64,000 nucleotides of DNA from Anthoceros angustus (lineage: Eukaryota > Plantae > Anthocerotophyta): contig MU008213.1 in NCBI GenBank assembly GCA_010909165.1, positions 224,371 to 288,370 of the forward strand. The letters are read 5' to 3'. Below the pieces are notes generated by a model. That model was given only the letters and a program-made list of their open reading frames with translations. It ran no database searches and was not told the DNA's origin. This document shows, piece after piece, positions 25,651 to 38,603 of the stretch (positions within the stretch are counted from its first letter, which is position 1; every line of letters begins with the position of its first letter). A program made the position numbers and the translations under genes.

Positions 25651-27328
25651 ATCGTCCCGCCTTTACAGGCGTTCAGTCATCCTCCTCTTCCTTGTGAGTC
25701 TCGGAGTGCGATGAACTTTGATGATACAAAAAACGGGGGGCTGGACACGGATTTGCCAATGTCAGGCGAGGGCTCCAGCGTCACAGCTCCCCCAAGCGAA
25801 AGTAGCGGAACGCCGTGGGCTGTTGGAATGGGGAATGGGGCTGTGATTAGCGTCTCTTTTTGCATTTCCTGCTGCGTGATTAGCATGGCAAGGATATATG
25901 GAGACCTGATGATGCATGCGCAGACAACTGCGCTATCTCCAGGAATCGTATCCTGGACCTTTGTGACTTGACACATTCCTGGATCTTCGATTGAAGGTTC
26001 TGTAGCATACCTAGCTAGCTCGTATTCTGCCCCAGCGGCCTGGGTGCCTGTTTGAGGGGGCAAGGAATGAAAAACTGGTTTGGAACGCCCAGATGTTGAG
26101 TGCCAAGCAACCGAATCCAGCACCACCGGCGAGGAGTGCACGATCTCCTGGGGTATGGATGTCTCCTCTGCACACCATGCTTGGGTTTCATCGTCTGTTG
26201 TGTGTTGTTGGCTTACTTGCAGCGGAGGTTTGCAACCATTCATTTCATTTTCATGTCGGATGTCCTATCGAAGACCGAGGTGGCCACTGGGTGTTGCTTT
26301 AGGGTTAATACTGTTCACCTGATAGGCTTGCATTGCTACTACCTACCTATGGTGATATGTATCATATGATATGCAGCCTTTACAGTTGTAGGTACCGTAA
26401 CGGGTGTTTAATACACAATGATACATATTAGGTGTAGCAAAACTTTGTTCTGGAGACCAAGATGGTTGTGAGATCGGGGACGCTGCCAATGGCGCTGCCA
26501 CCATCTTCAATCACATATGTACCCAGGCTGGCTTTCAGGGGCAACCTCCCACAAGTCAGCATGCCACCGTGGCCGGACGCCACACCTGCTGCATTCTTGG
26601 ATCGCGCACTGTACTTGTTGCCGTCAATGCATGGTTGCGGGAGGAGATGCCCTTGCTATCGTCAGACGAGCAGACTGTCATGGCCATTTCCGTTGCAGTT
26701 GTGTCAATCTTGCATCCATGAGGGTCTCTCTCATTGATGGACGGGGCATCGCACAATCACAAATCGCCAGGCACGGCAAAGTGGTACGGCCTGGGCCTGG
26801 GCCTGGCAGCTTGCCTTATTGTTCATATCCCGATCCCAGGCTATCAAGCACTAGCTTGTTTCATGCAAGCTGCTTTTCGTGATACATATATGCTTGCTGC
26901 GACTGCTGCAATTGCTCCCACTCCTGCCTTTCTCCCCTGCCATCTCCCCGCTTGATCTGGAGCTCCAGCTCTCCCAAGGCCTTGACATCTTCCTGTCTTC
27001 CATCGGGAAGCAAAACGCACACGGTAAAGCCCTGGGTGCCCTGGACAAACTAATACACGATTGCGTTCCATACTCGAACGCGCACTTCAAACGTCCTTCT
27101 CTAGAATGGCACCCTTCGCCTTGTTGAAGGAGGTTCGAGCCCATGAGTACGGTAGCCTTCTTCTTTTCCGATACATCTCCGGTCTGCACACCGAAGGCGG
27201 TCTATGGGATATCATTTGGCAGATTGAATGGTTGCGCGGCTGTGCCAGTTATACAAATGTGCGCTAATGGGGACGACAGGTGTCATTCCCTATTGCGTTT
27301 GGGGCACCGGTCTTTTGGCTACGGCAGC

Positions 27329-27468
27329 CTATGTGCCCGCAGCTTTCCTTGGGAGTTGGGCCTTGTCTGCTTGGGAGTTGGGCCTTGTCTGCTCCCATCT
27401 ATGTGCCCGCAGCTTTCCTTGGGAGTTGGGCCTTGTCTGCTTGGGAGTTGGGCCTTGTTTGCTCCCAT
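27329..27468. repeat. Two 70-bp tandem copies, each with internal ~21-bp repeats
   Basis: ctatgtgcccgcagctttcc at 27329 and 27399; internal cttgggagttgggccttgtctg repeated. Confidence 0.85.
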
Positions 27469-28936
27469 CCTCTTCATCATTAGGGATTTCCGCATTTAGT
27501 CCTTTGACGTGGGAGTGGAGGAAGGCGGGTTTCCCTTTGGGCGGCCTTCACTTGGGCTAGAGATTGCCTATCCACAAATCTAGGGCGGCTTTGCCTTCTT
27601 CTGCTTCACTCGCCGAGGCCGGATTCCGCAGCCCTCAAGCGTTTCTCCTATAGAAGCAATATTAGCAGGCGCAGGTGGTCCTTCTTCGGGACTCGTCCAT
27701 CTCCAGGGCGCCTCGTTCTTGAGAGTCTCCACTAGTCCTTCTTCGGGACTCGTCCATCCCAGGGCGGCTCGTTCTCGTCTCCGCTCTTGCTCAGGTAATG
27801 GAGTAAGTTCATGGCTTCTTGCGCAGCCTTGTATCCAAGCTTTCCGAATCGCACTAACCTCTTTTTTTACCGTCATGAGGTTTCGCCTGGACCTAGTCGA
27901 GCCTTTGGCATGCTCTCTCCAGGTTTACAGGTGTGGGGCGCCCCTCGATGACTCGGCTACCCATCTTGTGCACTGCCACACGGACAGCACATTGCTACAC
28001 ATGACACTCTCCCAATCTCTTCCTCATAATAAAGTCTCATGTTACCCAAATGTTAGAAGAAAAGCATGCATAATAAAAAAATTTAATTTATATTTTAAAA
28101 AATTTAAATTCAAAAAATCCTTGGATAAGAAAAGTTTGACAAGCCACCAATTGCGTCACACAAGGACAAAGTCTCTCTATATGTATGTTAATGATATTAT
28201 TTCATAAAATATAACTAGATAACAGCAATCAACAGCAATCACCGTGAGCGCTTAAGCACGTTGATGTTGAGCAGTGTGATTACGTACCTCATTGTTTTGA
28301 AAGCAACCAGGTACATCATGTTCAAAAAAGACCGGAAGTGAAGTACCGGACGCTTTTGTTATATTGGAGGAGAGGTGTTGAAGTGGGACCAAGCCAAGAG
28401 GGGGGAGCTTCGTGTCTGTCCTTCGGTTCGCAAAACGGGTGGCGCTCTTTAGGCCCGGTGGCAGGGAGGAAGAGGCGGAATCCAGGTGCGAATGTCCTTG
28501 GGCCTCGGGTGTTGCCGCTGCGCAGAAATGGCTGTTGTATCGCGCATGCACAAGATGGTATTTGCGTCGGAGATATGACAACTTGTGTGAGCACGTGAGT
28601 CTCCCTCTCCCTCCCCCGCTGCCCGTGAGCACTCTGCTCCTGCTTCCGTCCCCTCCCCGTGCTGCTGCTGGCGTGCCGTGTGCTCATTCTGCAGGCTGCT
28701 GGGGTTGGGATTGTGTACCAGGCGCGCTTGGGGGCCGGTGCTGCTGCCGAGGCCACTGGAATTGAAGCTGGATGACAGCCCGCCGGAGGGCTGTGGTGAG
28801 CAGGCTCGGATTCTGGTGCTCAATTTTGTAGCTGGGGAGGTGGGAGGGGACAGGGGGAGGGTATCCGGGAACGGAACCCAGCAGCTAGGAGGAGTGCTGT
28901 GGTGGGAGGTGCGTTTTGCGAGCGGGTGCAGGCGGG

Positions 28937-30845
28937 ATGGGAATTGGGTCCGACATCGTGGCCAGGCTGCATGCGCCGCTGGCAGCTGCTGCGGCTGTGG
29001 TGACCGCGGCTGCGGCCACGGATTTTCCTGACAGGTTGCATTCCAAGACGCAGCCGCTCACTCCGCTGGTGCTCTACTCTGCGGGTTCTGTAACCCCGAT
29101 CGTTCCTGTCGGGGACGGGCTGCTGGATGTGCATGGATCGGCGATGGCCGCTGGGGGATCGGGATCTGGATCCGCTGCTGCTGCTGCTGTTGCGGTTGCT
29201 GCTGCGCACTGTGCGCCCGCCATCTGTTTTTACGGAGGTGTTAGCAGAGCTGTGCCTGCCTCGGTTTCTGGTTTGCAAAGGGTTTGCGCGGGGCCTGGGG
29301 TGTGCGTTCCGGCCCTGGCCGGGCATTCGCTGCCTCATTTTCAGCCGCATGGATTGCGGTTTCCACCTAGCTTTTGGGACTCCAGCAATTACCGCGGACC
29401 GCGAGTGGAAGGCTTAGGGGCTGTTAGGTTTCCTGTAGATTATCCCTCTTCCGTGCTGGATCCCAGGACTCTCGTTGCTACAGCCGTGCTGTCTATGCAG
29501 GTTTCTCCGTTACATTTGCCTCACTCTGTAATCAACTCCTCTGTGTCTAGGTATTTTGTTACTCTGCTAGCTAGTTTTTCAAACAGATATGGATCTTTGG
29601 GGGCTTCGTCGGCCACTAAGCTGTCGATGCATTCATGGCAAAAAGCCGGTGAGCCCTTGCGAGTACTCTCTGCGGAGACGGGGTCGCATGTTAAGGACAA
29701 ACCAGAGCTTACAGTGGTTCTGCTTGGATGGCTTGGCTCTAGTCAGAGGCACCTGCGGAGGTATGCAGAATGGTATACAGCCAGGGGCATTCACGCCGTC
29801 ACCTTTGTCGTGCCAATCAAGGATATCGTGATATTTAGAGCTGGAGGGAAGGCTGAAGAGCACGTGGAAGTACTGGCACAGCATCTTGTGGGTTGGTTGA
29901 ATGGCAAGCTGGAGGGAGAGAATCCGAGTGGAAGGGAGCGGCAGTTGCTCTTCCATACCTTCAGTAACACTGGCTGGCTTACGTAAGTGTTAAAAAATAT
30001 GCGGTCTTCAGAGTTCCCTTCTTGATACTTTGCCCCACCTATCATTATGTGGAAGTGCTTTCTAACCTTCTTCAGCTGTGATTATGCAGGTACGGTATCT
30101 TGTTAGAGCGGCTTCTGGATTTGGATCCAAGTCTCTTGGACAGAATAAAGGGTTGTGTTGTGGATTCTGCCCCTGCTGCGAAGCCGGACCCTAAGGTAAG
30201 ATTGTGTTATAGTGGAAGTCACTCGTATCCTGTTTAATCTGTGGACGACCATCACTCAACACCTGCAAATACGCTGTGTCTTGCAGATTTTTGCCAGGGG
30301 TTTCTCAGCGGCCATATTGGCGAAGAGAAGTGTTGCTGTCAAAAAAGCAGAGTACAGAGTGACTGATGACGCCACCAAGGACACAAGCATCAGCTTCCCC
30401 GAGCCCAGTGCTGCTGAAGCAGCTCTTTTGGCGGTTTTGGAGAAGTTTTTCAGATTCTTTTTGACGGTCCCTTTCATTGAAAGGTAACTGCTTTTTCCTC
30501 AATGTAACCTTAACAAGGTTCCTCCGCATTGACCTGGACCTCATTTTCTTACACGACCTCCTTGTGCCCTTTTGCAGTAGGCTGTCAGAAGTAGTTACCA
30601 TTCTTTCCAAAAGGCAGCCACCCTGCCCTCAACTTTACATCTACAGCACAGCGGACAGGGTCATTCCTCACTCACTGGTGGAATCCTTTATGGAGCAACA
30701 ACGACAGCAGGGCCGAGTTGTGAGGGCTTGCAACTTGGAGTTGTCTCCGCACGTTGACCACTTCAGGACATTCCCAGACATTTACGGGAAGCAGCTACAA
30801 AATTTTTTGCAGGAGTTCATTCATCACCCTGTTCGTGACCACTAA
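28937..30845 (+). CDS. DUF829/TMEM53-family alpha/beta hydrolase-like protein (4 exons)
   Basis: VVLLGWLGSSQRHLRRYAEWY, LLFHTFSNTGWLT|YG, IKGCVVDSAP, PQLYIYSTADRVIP, SPHVDHFR; GT-AG junctions near 29982/30090, 30195/30288, 30483/30580. Confidence 0.9.
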
Positions 30846-31055
30846 CACATTTTTACCTCCCTCTGTGAAGGCCCAGACTATTTGAGAAGGTATTGATTGT
30901 AAACGAGCCATTGCTCGTCAATAATTTGTCGATAAGAAACAGACACAAGGTCTAAGCGACATTCAGTCCAAGGGAATACATTCCTTGCTTGCTCCAGCAT
31001 TGTTAGATTCTGCAATTGCTTCCACCGAGTCTTCACGCACATTCCAAACCTTCAG

Positions 31056-33610
31056 TTACGTAGCAAGAGTGCTATAAGTCGTTTTTTCCCAAGGACTCAG
31101 GAGAATGCGCTTGGCTTGCCAACCTTCACCTTCCATTTGGGCAAGTAATAAATTGACGTTCGCTTCTGCGTAACTTCTACTCCTATCAACTAGGTTCTTC
31201 CATTCAGAATCGCTCCCCCTCCCCTCCAGTTCCCCGCCGAGGTGATTGGGGGGAGGCATATCTCTAGCAGGTAGATGTTCATGGGATACATTTTCCACAA
31301 ACCCAGCGTTCCGCAAATGACATGCCTGCATCACAGACACAAGATGTTTGAAACTCTTGATCTCGCAGCGTACATGAGCTAGACTGGAAATGTTCATCTG
31401 TATCGTACCTGCAACACTCCGGTTATAATATCCTTGGCCGTCGCGTCCTTGTGAAGCCATATCGACAGTCCCGGCTGTAGCATAAGTCAACAAAGTACTT
31501 AACAGCATGCTACATTCGAACAAAACATAGAGGCTAAAAGACTTCCTTCGCAGGGGCAAAGTTACCTTCCAGCCACCACGAGTTCCAACAAACGGAAGCA
31601 ATTCGTGATTCTCTCGGCCAATTATGTATCGTTGGTGGTCTTGAAGTTGAACAGCTGTAAGCAGATCATCTACTCTCCATTTTCTTAGGTTGAGAGGACC
31701 TATTTTCAGTGAAGCTTGTTTCCTACCTAGCGCAGCAATAGTGCAAAATCATCAGCACAGAAGTCATTGGCGCCGCGGCTCTCGTGGTCAAGTATTGGTG
31801 TAGTTGACGAACCACTGCTCGCAGGATAAACCAACGACGATGTTTCGACATTGTTGACTTCCGCGATGGAAGGCACCAATCCTTTCTTCAACCAAGTATC
31901 AACTATCAGCTCAAGTCTTACCTGTAGTTCAACCATAGAAAGACTTGTTTATAGAACAGCTCAAACATCATGTCGTTAAGATGCACTATTACCATTTACA
32001 TGACTGGCTAGCATTACCTTGTTCAAGGTCGGGAGATGAACAGCTCGCAATTCATGATAGATGGCAAACAGGTCAGCGCCTGCTAAAACTGGGAATAAAG
32101 CCAGTGGCCCTATCTTCCCCACCCTGCAGTATACGGAGAGGTGATGAAATCAAGCCTTGCGGGTTGCCCTTGTGTGTTTCAAACAAAAAACAGGTTTCAC
32201 TCACCTTGCATTGCTTTTGTAACAGTGATTCAAACCGACAGCTATTGCAAGGCCCAGGTTGTCACAAACTACAGTTTGCACCTGCATTTGGAAATACCTC
32301 CAATGATATGAGGAATTCTGATTTTCCGAACGCTCAAGAATGGCAGCTGAACACTAAAAAGACTACAACACCTACACCACCTGTCCTTTTGCAGAAATAT
32401 CTGACAGATTGTCTGCAAGAGCAAAGCTCCGGTGGATGGCCGACTGCAAAAGACGAGCATCAGCAGCATGAGTAAATACTGCAAACCAGAAGGCCAGAAC
32501 GGCCTATAAACAACGCCACCCAATGATCTAAGAACGTGGATCCCACGCTGGATTCATATGATTCCTTACTCCTCTCTGCATTGCATGCTGCTCTCCATAA
32601 GCACTACTCTACTTTTACCTGTACTACAGATGCTGACTCACGATAATCTCCTGGGGAGAATCTCATGCCCGAAACAGAAAGCTGGGGGAAGAGGGTGTAC
32701 AGTTGTGGCTAGATATGCTGCATAGCTTATGCTCTTTCCGACGTTGGCCATCGTTGCCATCAGCAAAAAGTGACGAGGAAAATAGGGTGTGAGAATCTCC
32801 AGCCCCAGACTGAGAGTAAACAATACCGAAGTCGAAAACCTCACTCTCTGCACTTAAACAACAGAGAACCGGGTGTTTAAAACGATGCACCGAATCCAAG
32901 AGTAGTCCATACCCAATACTGCTGGCAACAAAGAAGCACGCTGCCACGAACCTTTAAATCAGAGTCGAATGTACGACTGAGGCTGGCAGTGTAGGTGAGC
33001 TTCCCAAGCCTACCAAGACCATCTTTCAAAACCCAATTCAGACCAGCTGCAGTTGGAAGTGTCCGCTTTGCCCCTATTCCGATAGCCCTCAACATAGCCT
33101 GCAGCTCTTGAAAACACGAACACTCGAAGTCAGCAAGAGAGAAGCCTCACCACTCTGTCCGACACCAATCCTGCCACCCAAATCCGGTGCACAACAATTG
33201 AAAATTACCTGCGTGCAGTGCACCTGAAGAACGGAGCTGACCACCCTGTGCAAACACTTCCAATTCATGTATTGCATGTACTGGGGCCGCACTTGGTCAG
33301 GAACAAAGGTCTCGTGTAGAGCTGTTTGGAGTCTGGCCACGGAATCACTCCACCACACCTCGGGCCTGAAGGGTCCACTGTCACCCAGGTGGTCATTCAC
33401 GCCCACCTTCTTCACGCAGCGCCCATCCCACACGCACTGCTGAGGCCGCCCAGTCTCGTGCACCAGAATTGGGAGCCTCTGGACTTCACGCTGCTGCGGA
33501 TCGCCCTCTTGCGTGTACCCGACAGGCCGGGCAACCTCGCCCACGTCCCTGCCTCCTCGTCCTTTCCTCCGCCGCCTCCCCCACGGGTGCCGGACTCCAG
33601 AGGCGGGCAT
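31056..33610 (-). CDS. RUS4: ROOT UVB SENSITIVE family (DUF647), RUS4-like; start uncertain
   Basis: YMNWKCLHRVVSSVLQV..TQ|AMLRAIGIG..NWVLKDGLGRL..TASLSRTFDSDLK|RVRFSTSVLF..FLLMATMANVGKSISYAAYLAT; C-terminal EGWQAKRILLS. Confidence 0.88.
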
Positions 33611-34035
33611 CGTTGCACACCAAGCTCCCCAGCAGTCGCAGCTGCAGGGTCAGCGAATTCGAGCCCTAAGCCCGTCGCTGCCTGCTGCTGATATGAGCCT
33701 ATGGGGAGCATCGAGAGAGGAGTGTAACTGTATCTCGTGCTTTGCTGTTCGTCCGAGCATCAGGTGTCGGGACATCACGAACTGCCACTTGACCAACCCA
33801 TGTTGTGAGAGATCGTGCACACGAGCAGGACGCAGTGGTTTACGGTCGTCATAATTTCACCTGCATTCTCACTGGCTGCATGGCTTGAACCAGAGTTCCT
33901 CCTCTGGTTCCCGCCATTCTCTCCCGCCGTCCTGCCTCGGCTTCTTTCCCTTCTCTTCTGCCCATCCTCTGGGTTGCTCTGTGCGGATGTGGCACTTTTA
34001 GCTCGCAGTGTGCCGTCTCCTGGTCTCCGGAAGTC

Positions 34036-34533
34036 GTGATGGAGTCAGGTACAATGCATGTTGCGGCTTCGTCCTCACAGGTGACTCCGGAACAGAATCT
34101 TGCGGCTTCGTCCTCACAGCTGACTCCGGAACAGAATGGTTCGGCTTCGTCCTCACAGCCGACTCGGGAACCGAATGATTCGCCTTTGACGCCGGAGATG
34201 AAGAAGCAGTTGTTGGCGACTTTGATGTGTGTTATGGTTGTTGTGGTCGAGTGTGTGACCACATCTCCCATCTTCAACTTTACGCTCGCAGCTTATGTCT
34301 ACCAAATACAACTCTTGACAGAGTCGTGTATGCTTGCGTGTGGCGATGAGGAGTTTGGGTCCGAGTACGAGGAGGTGACATCCGACTCTGAGATGGAGGA
34401 GTCCGATTCTGAGGTGCAGGAGTCCGATTCCGAGATGCAGGAGTCCGACTTCGAGTACGGGATGGAGACATCCGATTCTGAGGGAGAGATGTCGGACTCT
34501 GCACCGGAATCGGAAATGGGGTCATGCAACTGA
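34036..34533 (+). other. Unassigned ORF with 39-bp and 21-bp repeats giving Ser/Glu/Asp-rich low complexity
   Basis: (AASSSQ(V/L)TPEQN) repeats and (ESDSE(M/V)Q) repeats; no recognisable domain. Confidence 0.3.
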
Positions 34534-34689
34534 TTGTGGTTTTGTCCAACTGCTACCAGCTTCGGGAAGGTAGTGGAGATGGTATAACTCAGGGACCTGG
34601 TTCATTATCTGAGCTCAGCTGGGAAGCCCACCAGACTTGATCTCGTGAGTCAGACGAGAGAAAAAAAAAGAATAATGCATTGTATTGAT

Positions 34690-35272
34690 AAACCTTCAGC
34701 AGAGGTGCAACAATGGAGGTCACATATTTTTTCTATTGTGATCCTTTTCTCTGCTTTTGCTCTCTTGACTGTGGTCACCAAAAAGTGTAGGTGAAGCCAG
34801 CCATGTCCGCGCTTGTCGTGCTCTACACAAACTAGCTGTAAACTTGCACTTCACCGGCTGGCGTTGTACTGATAAACTTTCAGCAGAGATGCAACAATTA
34901 GGGTCACGTCACTTAGTACAGAGACCGACCTATCAGCTATGGCGGTCCTTTTCTCTGCTCTTGCTCCCTTGACTTTAGTCAACAAAAAGTTTAGGGGAAG
35001 CCAGCCATGTCCGCGCTTATTGCGCTCTACACAAACTGACGTTAAACTTGCACTTCACTGGATGGCATCGTATTGATTAACTTTCAACAGAGTTGCAACA
35101 AATTGGGGTCACGTCACTGAGTACAGAGACAGACCTCTCAGCTATGGTGGTCCTCGTCTCTGCTCTTGCTCTCTTGACTATGGTCACCAAAAAGTCTAGG
35201 GGAAGCCAGCCATGTTCGCGCTTGTTGTGCTCTACACAAAGTAGCTTTAGACTTGCACTTAACTGGCTGAAT
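34690..35272. repeat. Three degenerate ~204-bp tandem repeats
   Basis: gaagccagccatgt..ctctacacaaa..cttgcactt; the last anchor sits at 34843, 35047 and 35252. Confidence 0.85.
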
Positions 35273-35401
35273 GAATACGATGACAACATCGTTGGTATTC
35301 AGCATACCCCATTATTATCTCGAGGGCGCCTCCTCACAACGTGTCACTCCCTGCACTGCCCTGTTTCCCCCTGGCCCATTCCCGGGTACCAAAAAGCATC
35401 C

Positions 35402-36329
35402 CTAGGTTTCCATAGGAGTGGCCTCGTCAGGGCCACCCCCTTCTGCTGCTCCTTCAGGCTGTACTGCTGCATCAGCTTGGTCCGTAGGCGGTGAGTCATC
35501 TGCTGGGGCATCTTCAACCACCACATCCTTCGTCTCTTCCAAACTGTCAATGTAGGTCTGCAGCACCTTAGGTTCCATGAGGTTGAAATTTTCTCCTATT
35601 CCAACGACAGCAATCCCACAATTCTGGCTGGTGAGTTCATCCTCTTGCAACGACTCTTTCACAGCGAAGAGGGCATGCCGGATCAACTCATCCCGAGAGC
35701 ATTCAGCAAAGGTCTCGAATTTCCTCTCCAGGTACGTCTTGGCAGCCTGCGATCTTGACCCAATCGCAAACGCAATGTACTCGAAGTAATTACCAGAGGG
35801 GCAGTTTTGATACAAATGAGGCCCGGTCTCATCCACACCCGCCACTAACAGCCCCACACCGAACGGACGCTTCCAGGAGCGCTGAGTGCACACCTGCAGA
35901 GCGAGGAAGCAACAAGTTTCGCATGACAAGCTCAAATTACAACCAGTGCTCCAAAAACCTAAACCACACTACACGCACCTGAGCTTTGTCGGCAACTTGG
36001 ACAACCAGCCTCCCGACAGGAAGGGGGGACTCGTACACAAAATTGTGGTTAATGCATTCCGATCGCATGTATCTCGAAAGCACTCTGCCGTCCGCCGTCA
36101 GTCCTGCCATCGCAATTCCCAGGTGGTTGTCGATCTTGAACATCTTTCTCTGGTGGGAAGACAGCTCTGACGATGCTTTGTTCACAGTAGCCAGCACTAC
36201 ATACTCCTTGCTGCGCAGCCCTATGGCCGCACTGCCCTGCTTCACGGCTTCCATTGCATACTCCACTTGATGCAACCTCCCAGCCGGGCTCCATGTTGTG
36301 ATATCCGTGTCGTACTGATTCCGAAACAT
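35402..36329 (-). CDS. PSMA1: 20S proteasome subunit alpha type-1 (plant PAF), 2 exons
   Basis: [35 protein letters not shown]|[25 protein letters not shown]; exons 36329-35979 and 35893-35402. Confidence 0.97.
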
Positions 36330-36490
36330 GATGATCTGCTCCTCCTTGCCGTTCAGATGCCACTGGTATAGGCAGACGCGAACCCCCGAGCTCAAGGGTT
36401 TGCCAGAATGCTTGGGGAAGAAGACACTCCAAAAAACTATTTTTGACTGTAGTTTTTAGTAGCTCATAAGACTCTCGTCATAGGGCTGGG

Positions 36491-36503
36491 GTTTAGGGTT
36501 TAG
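36491..36503. promoter_or_regulatory. Telo-box (AAACCCTA) in the divergent proteasome / MAK11 intergenic region
   Basis: gtttagggtttag. Telo-boxes are common upstream of plant ribosome-biogenesis and translation genes. Confidence 0.4.
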
Positions 36504-37111
36504 AAACAGCAAGAGTTCATTTATTCCATAACCGCGCTGCCTGCTGATTTACATGTCAACCGGTGCCATTTGCCTGTCACGTCTCTGAGCTTCCTCATAG
36601 GTGATGGGTACAGCGGGTGGCTCTTCTGATGCTGAGCTCGCAGCAAGGGTATGAGACGCGGCTTTGTTGATTCCGGTTGAATTGGCTGTGCATCTTTCTG
36701 GTCCGGTTGTGTTGGCTCACAGAGATTTCGCGTCGCAGATACATACGCTGGAGGTCGCATGCATCGAGCTGAGGGAGCTACCTGCTGGTCGGGTAATGGA
36801 CGTGCTTTGCTGTCACCTAGCTGCTGGCTGTGGATTTGAAATGCGTATGCTCAGGCAGCTGATACTTGTTTCAGGCGGCCTACCAAAAGCGTGGCGCTAT
36901 CTTCTTTCGTGCCGACCCGAAAGCAGTTCTCATTTCGCAACACAGTGAGTAACTTTCTTTTCTGGTGTCTTCCCCATTATGTTAAGATCCGCCTTGGGTT
37001 AGATCCTGGTGCTTTTTTGATGGCAGATGAACTGGAGAAAGCAAAGGCCGGCGTGAGGAAGGTCTAGGTTGGGTACCGTCTTGTGTTTGCGGTTTGAGTA
37101 GGTCAGACACC

Positions 37112-38603
37112 ATGAAGTTGGTGGCTGGCTCGTATGAGCGGTTCCTCTGGGGTTGGCAGGTGAAAGAGAAGCCACCGTCCTTAGATTGCGTTTTTTCATA
37201 TCCAGCCCACTTAGGGCCCATCAGGTGCATTGCTGGATGTGGCTCAGTTGTTGCCACTGGTGGTGCGGATGACACTATTAGGGTATTTGATATCAATGCC
37301 ATGAGTGATAAAGGGTCTCTTATCAAACATGCGGGTGCAATCACTTGCCTTGCTTTCTATGGAACTGCCACTGCGGGACCTAGCTCTTTGATCCATCCGA
37401 CACATCTGTTGAGCGGTTCTGAAGACGGAACAATATGCATTTGGGACACTGATGCCTGGATTCACCTGAAGACCCTGAAAGGTGGAAAGAAAACTACGAT
37501 CAACGATCTCACTATTCATCCCTCTGGGCGAGTGGCTTTCTCGGTTGACAGGGACTCGCACCTTAGGATGTGGAATCTCATGAAAGGGAGGTGTAGCTTT
37601 TCCGCAAAGTTGCCCTCAGAGGCTTCCCTCATCCAGATTGGTCCTGAGGAGGGGGACTTCTACGCCCTAGCCCGAGAGTCAATCGTGGACATCTACAATT
37701 CTGAGGATGGGCGTGTTACTCAAACGCTGCAACATGAGAAACGTGTCCTCTGTATGGCTATGCACCAGGTGGGGGCCGCTCTTCATCAGTATTAAGGCTG
37801 CTCTTAGTGCTTTTAGTGGCGTTGTCTAACTGACGCAAACAAAACCACACTTAGTTCCGTGTTCTTTTTGAGGATTCCTTGCTTTGATTCCTTGCTTGGA
37901 TTGTCGACCGCTGACGTGGGTGCCGATACTGAATCATTCACGCAGAAAAGCTTCATGGTGACGGCTGGTGAGGGTGCTGCGATCCAAGCATGGGATCTTC
38001 GCACAGGGAAAGTTGCGTGTACCATTGCCAAGGCTCATACAAGCAGAATAAAGGGGGTTTCTCTGCTGGGAGGGAGTCGAGATTCCGCATCAGATGAACT
38101 TCCCCGGCAGATTGCTTCTGCCTCCTCAGACGGGCTAGTTCGGGTCTGGGACACAAGAGCTGCCGAGAAATCAACTCCACTGATGGAAAGTGCCACGAAG
38201 TCCCGACTGACATCCCTCATCACCTGTGGAACCCTGCGAAGTAAGATCCTTCCATTATTTGGTCTCTTGGAAGTCTTGGATAGCAAGTAGGTCGTGATTG
38301 TATCCTCGCTGGTCTGTTCTTAATGATTTTATCCTGTCCCACGCAGAGAACGTCCGTGCAGAAATTGGGAAGGATGTCGCAGATGGCGTTGCAGCCACCT
38401 CCTTCAAGAAACAGGTGGCTCAGAAAGCGCCAGCCCAACAAAAGAAACCTATCCAGGAGGTGAAGGAGGACAGCACTTTGCCTGAGGAAGCGAAGAGCGA
38501 GAAAGCGAAAAGGTCAGGGAAGAGAAAGAGCAAGCCGAAAGTAGTTGTCCACATAAGTTCAAGCAAGGAGAACAGTCGGAAGAAGCGGGCCCGGAAGGGA
38601 TAA
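37112..38603 (+). CDS. PAK1IP1: WD40 protein PAK1IP1/MAK11 (60S ribosome biogenesis), 3 exons
   Basis: MKLVAGSYERFLWG..AHLGPIRC..VATGGADDTI..INDLTIHPSGRVAFSVDRDSHLRMWNLMKGR; Lys-rich tail. Exons 37112-37768, 37946-38240, 38347-38603. Confidence 0.92.

Noticed and set aside
25677-26243. 188-aa minus-strand ORF upstream of the PEC gene
   Set aside because: No domain or splice support; it could be part of the PEC 5' region or a chance ORF.
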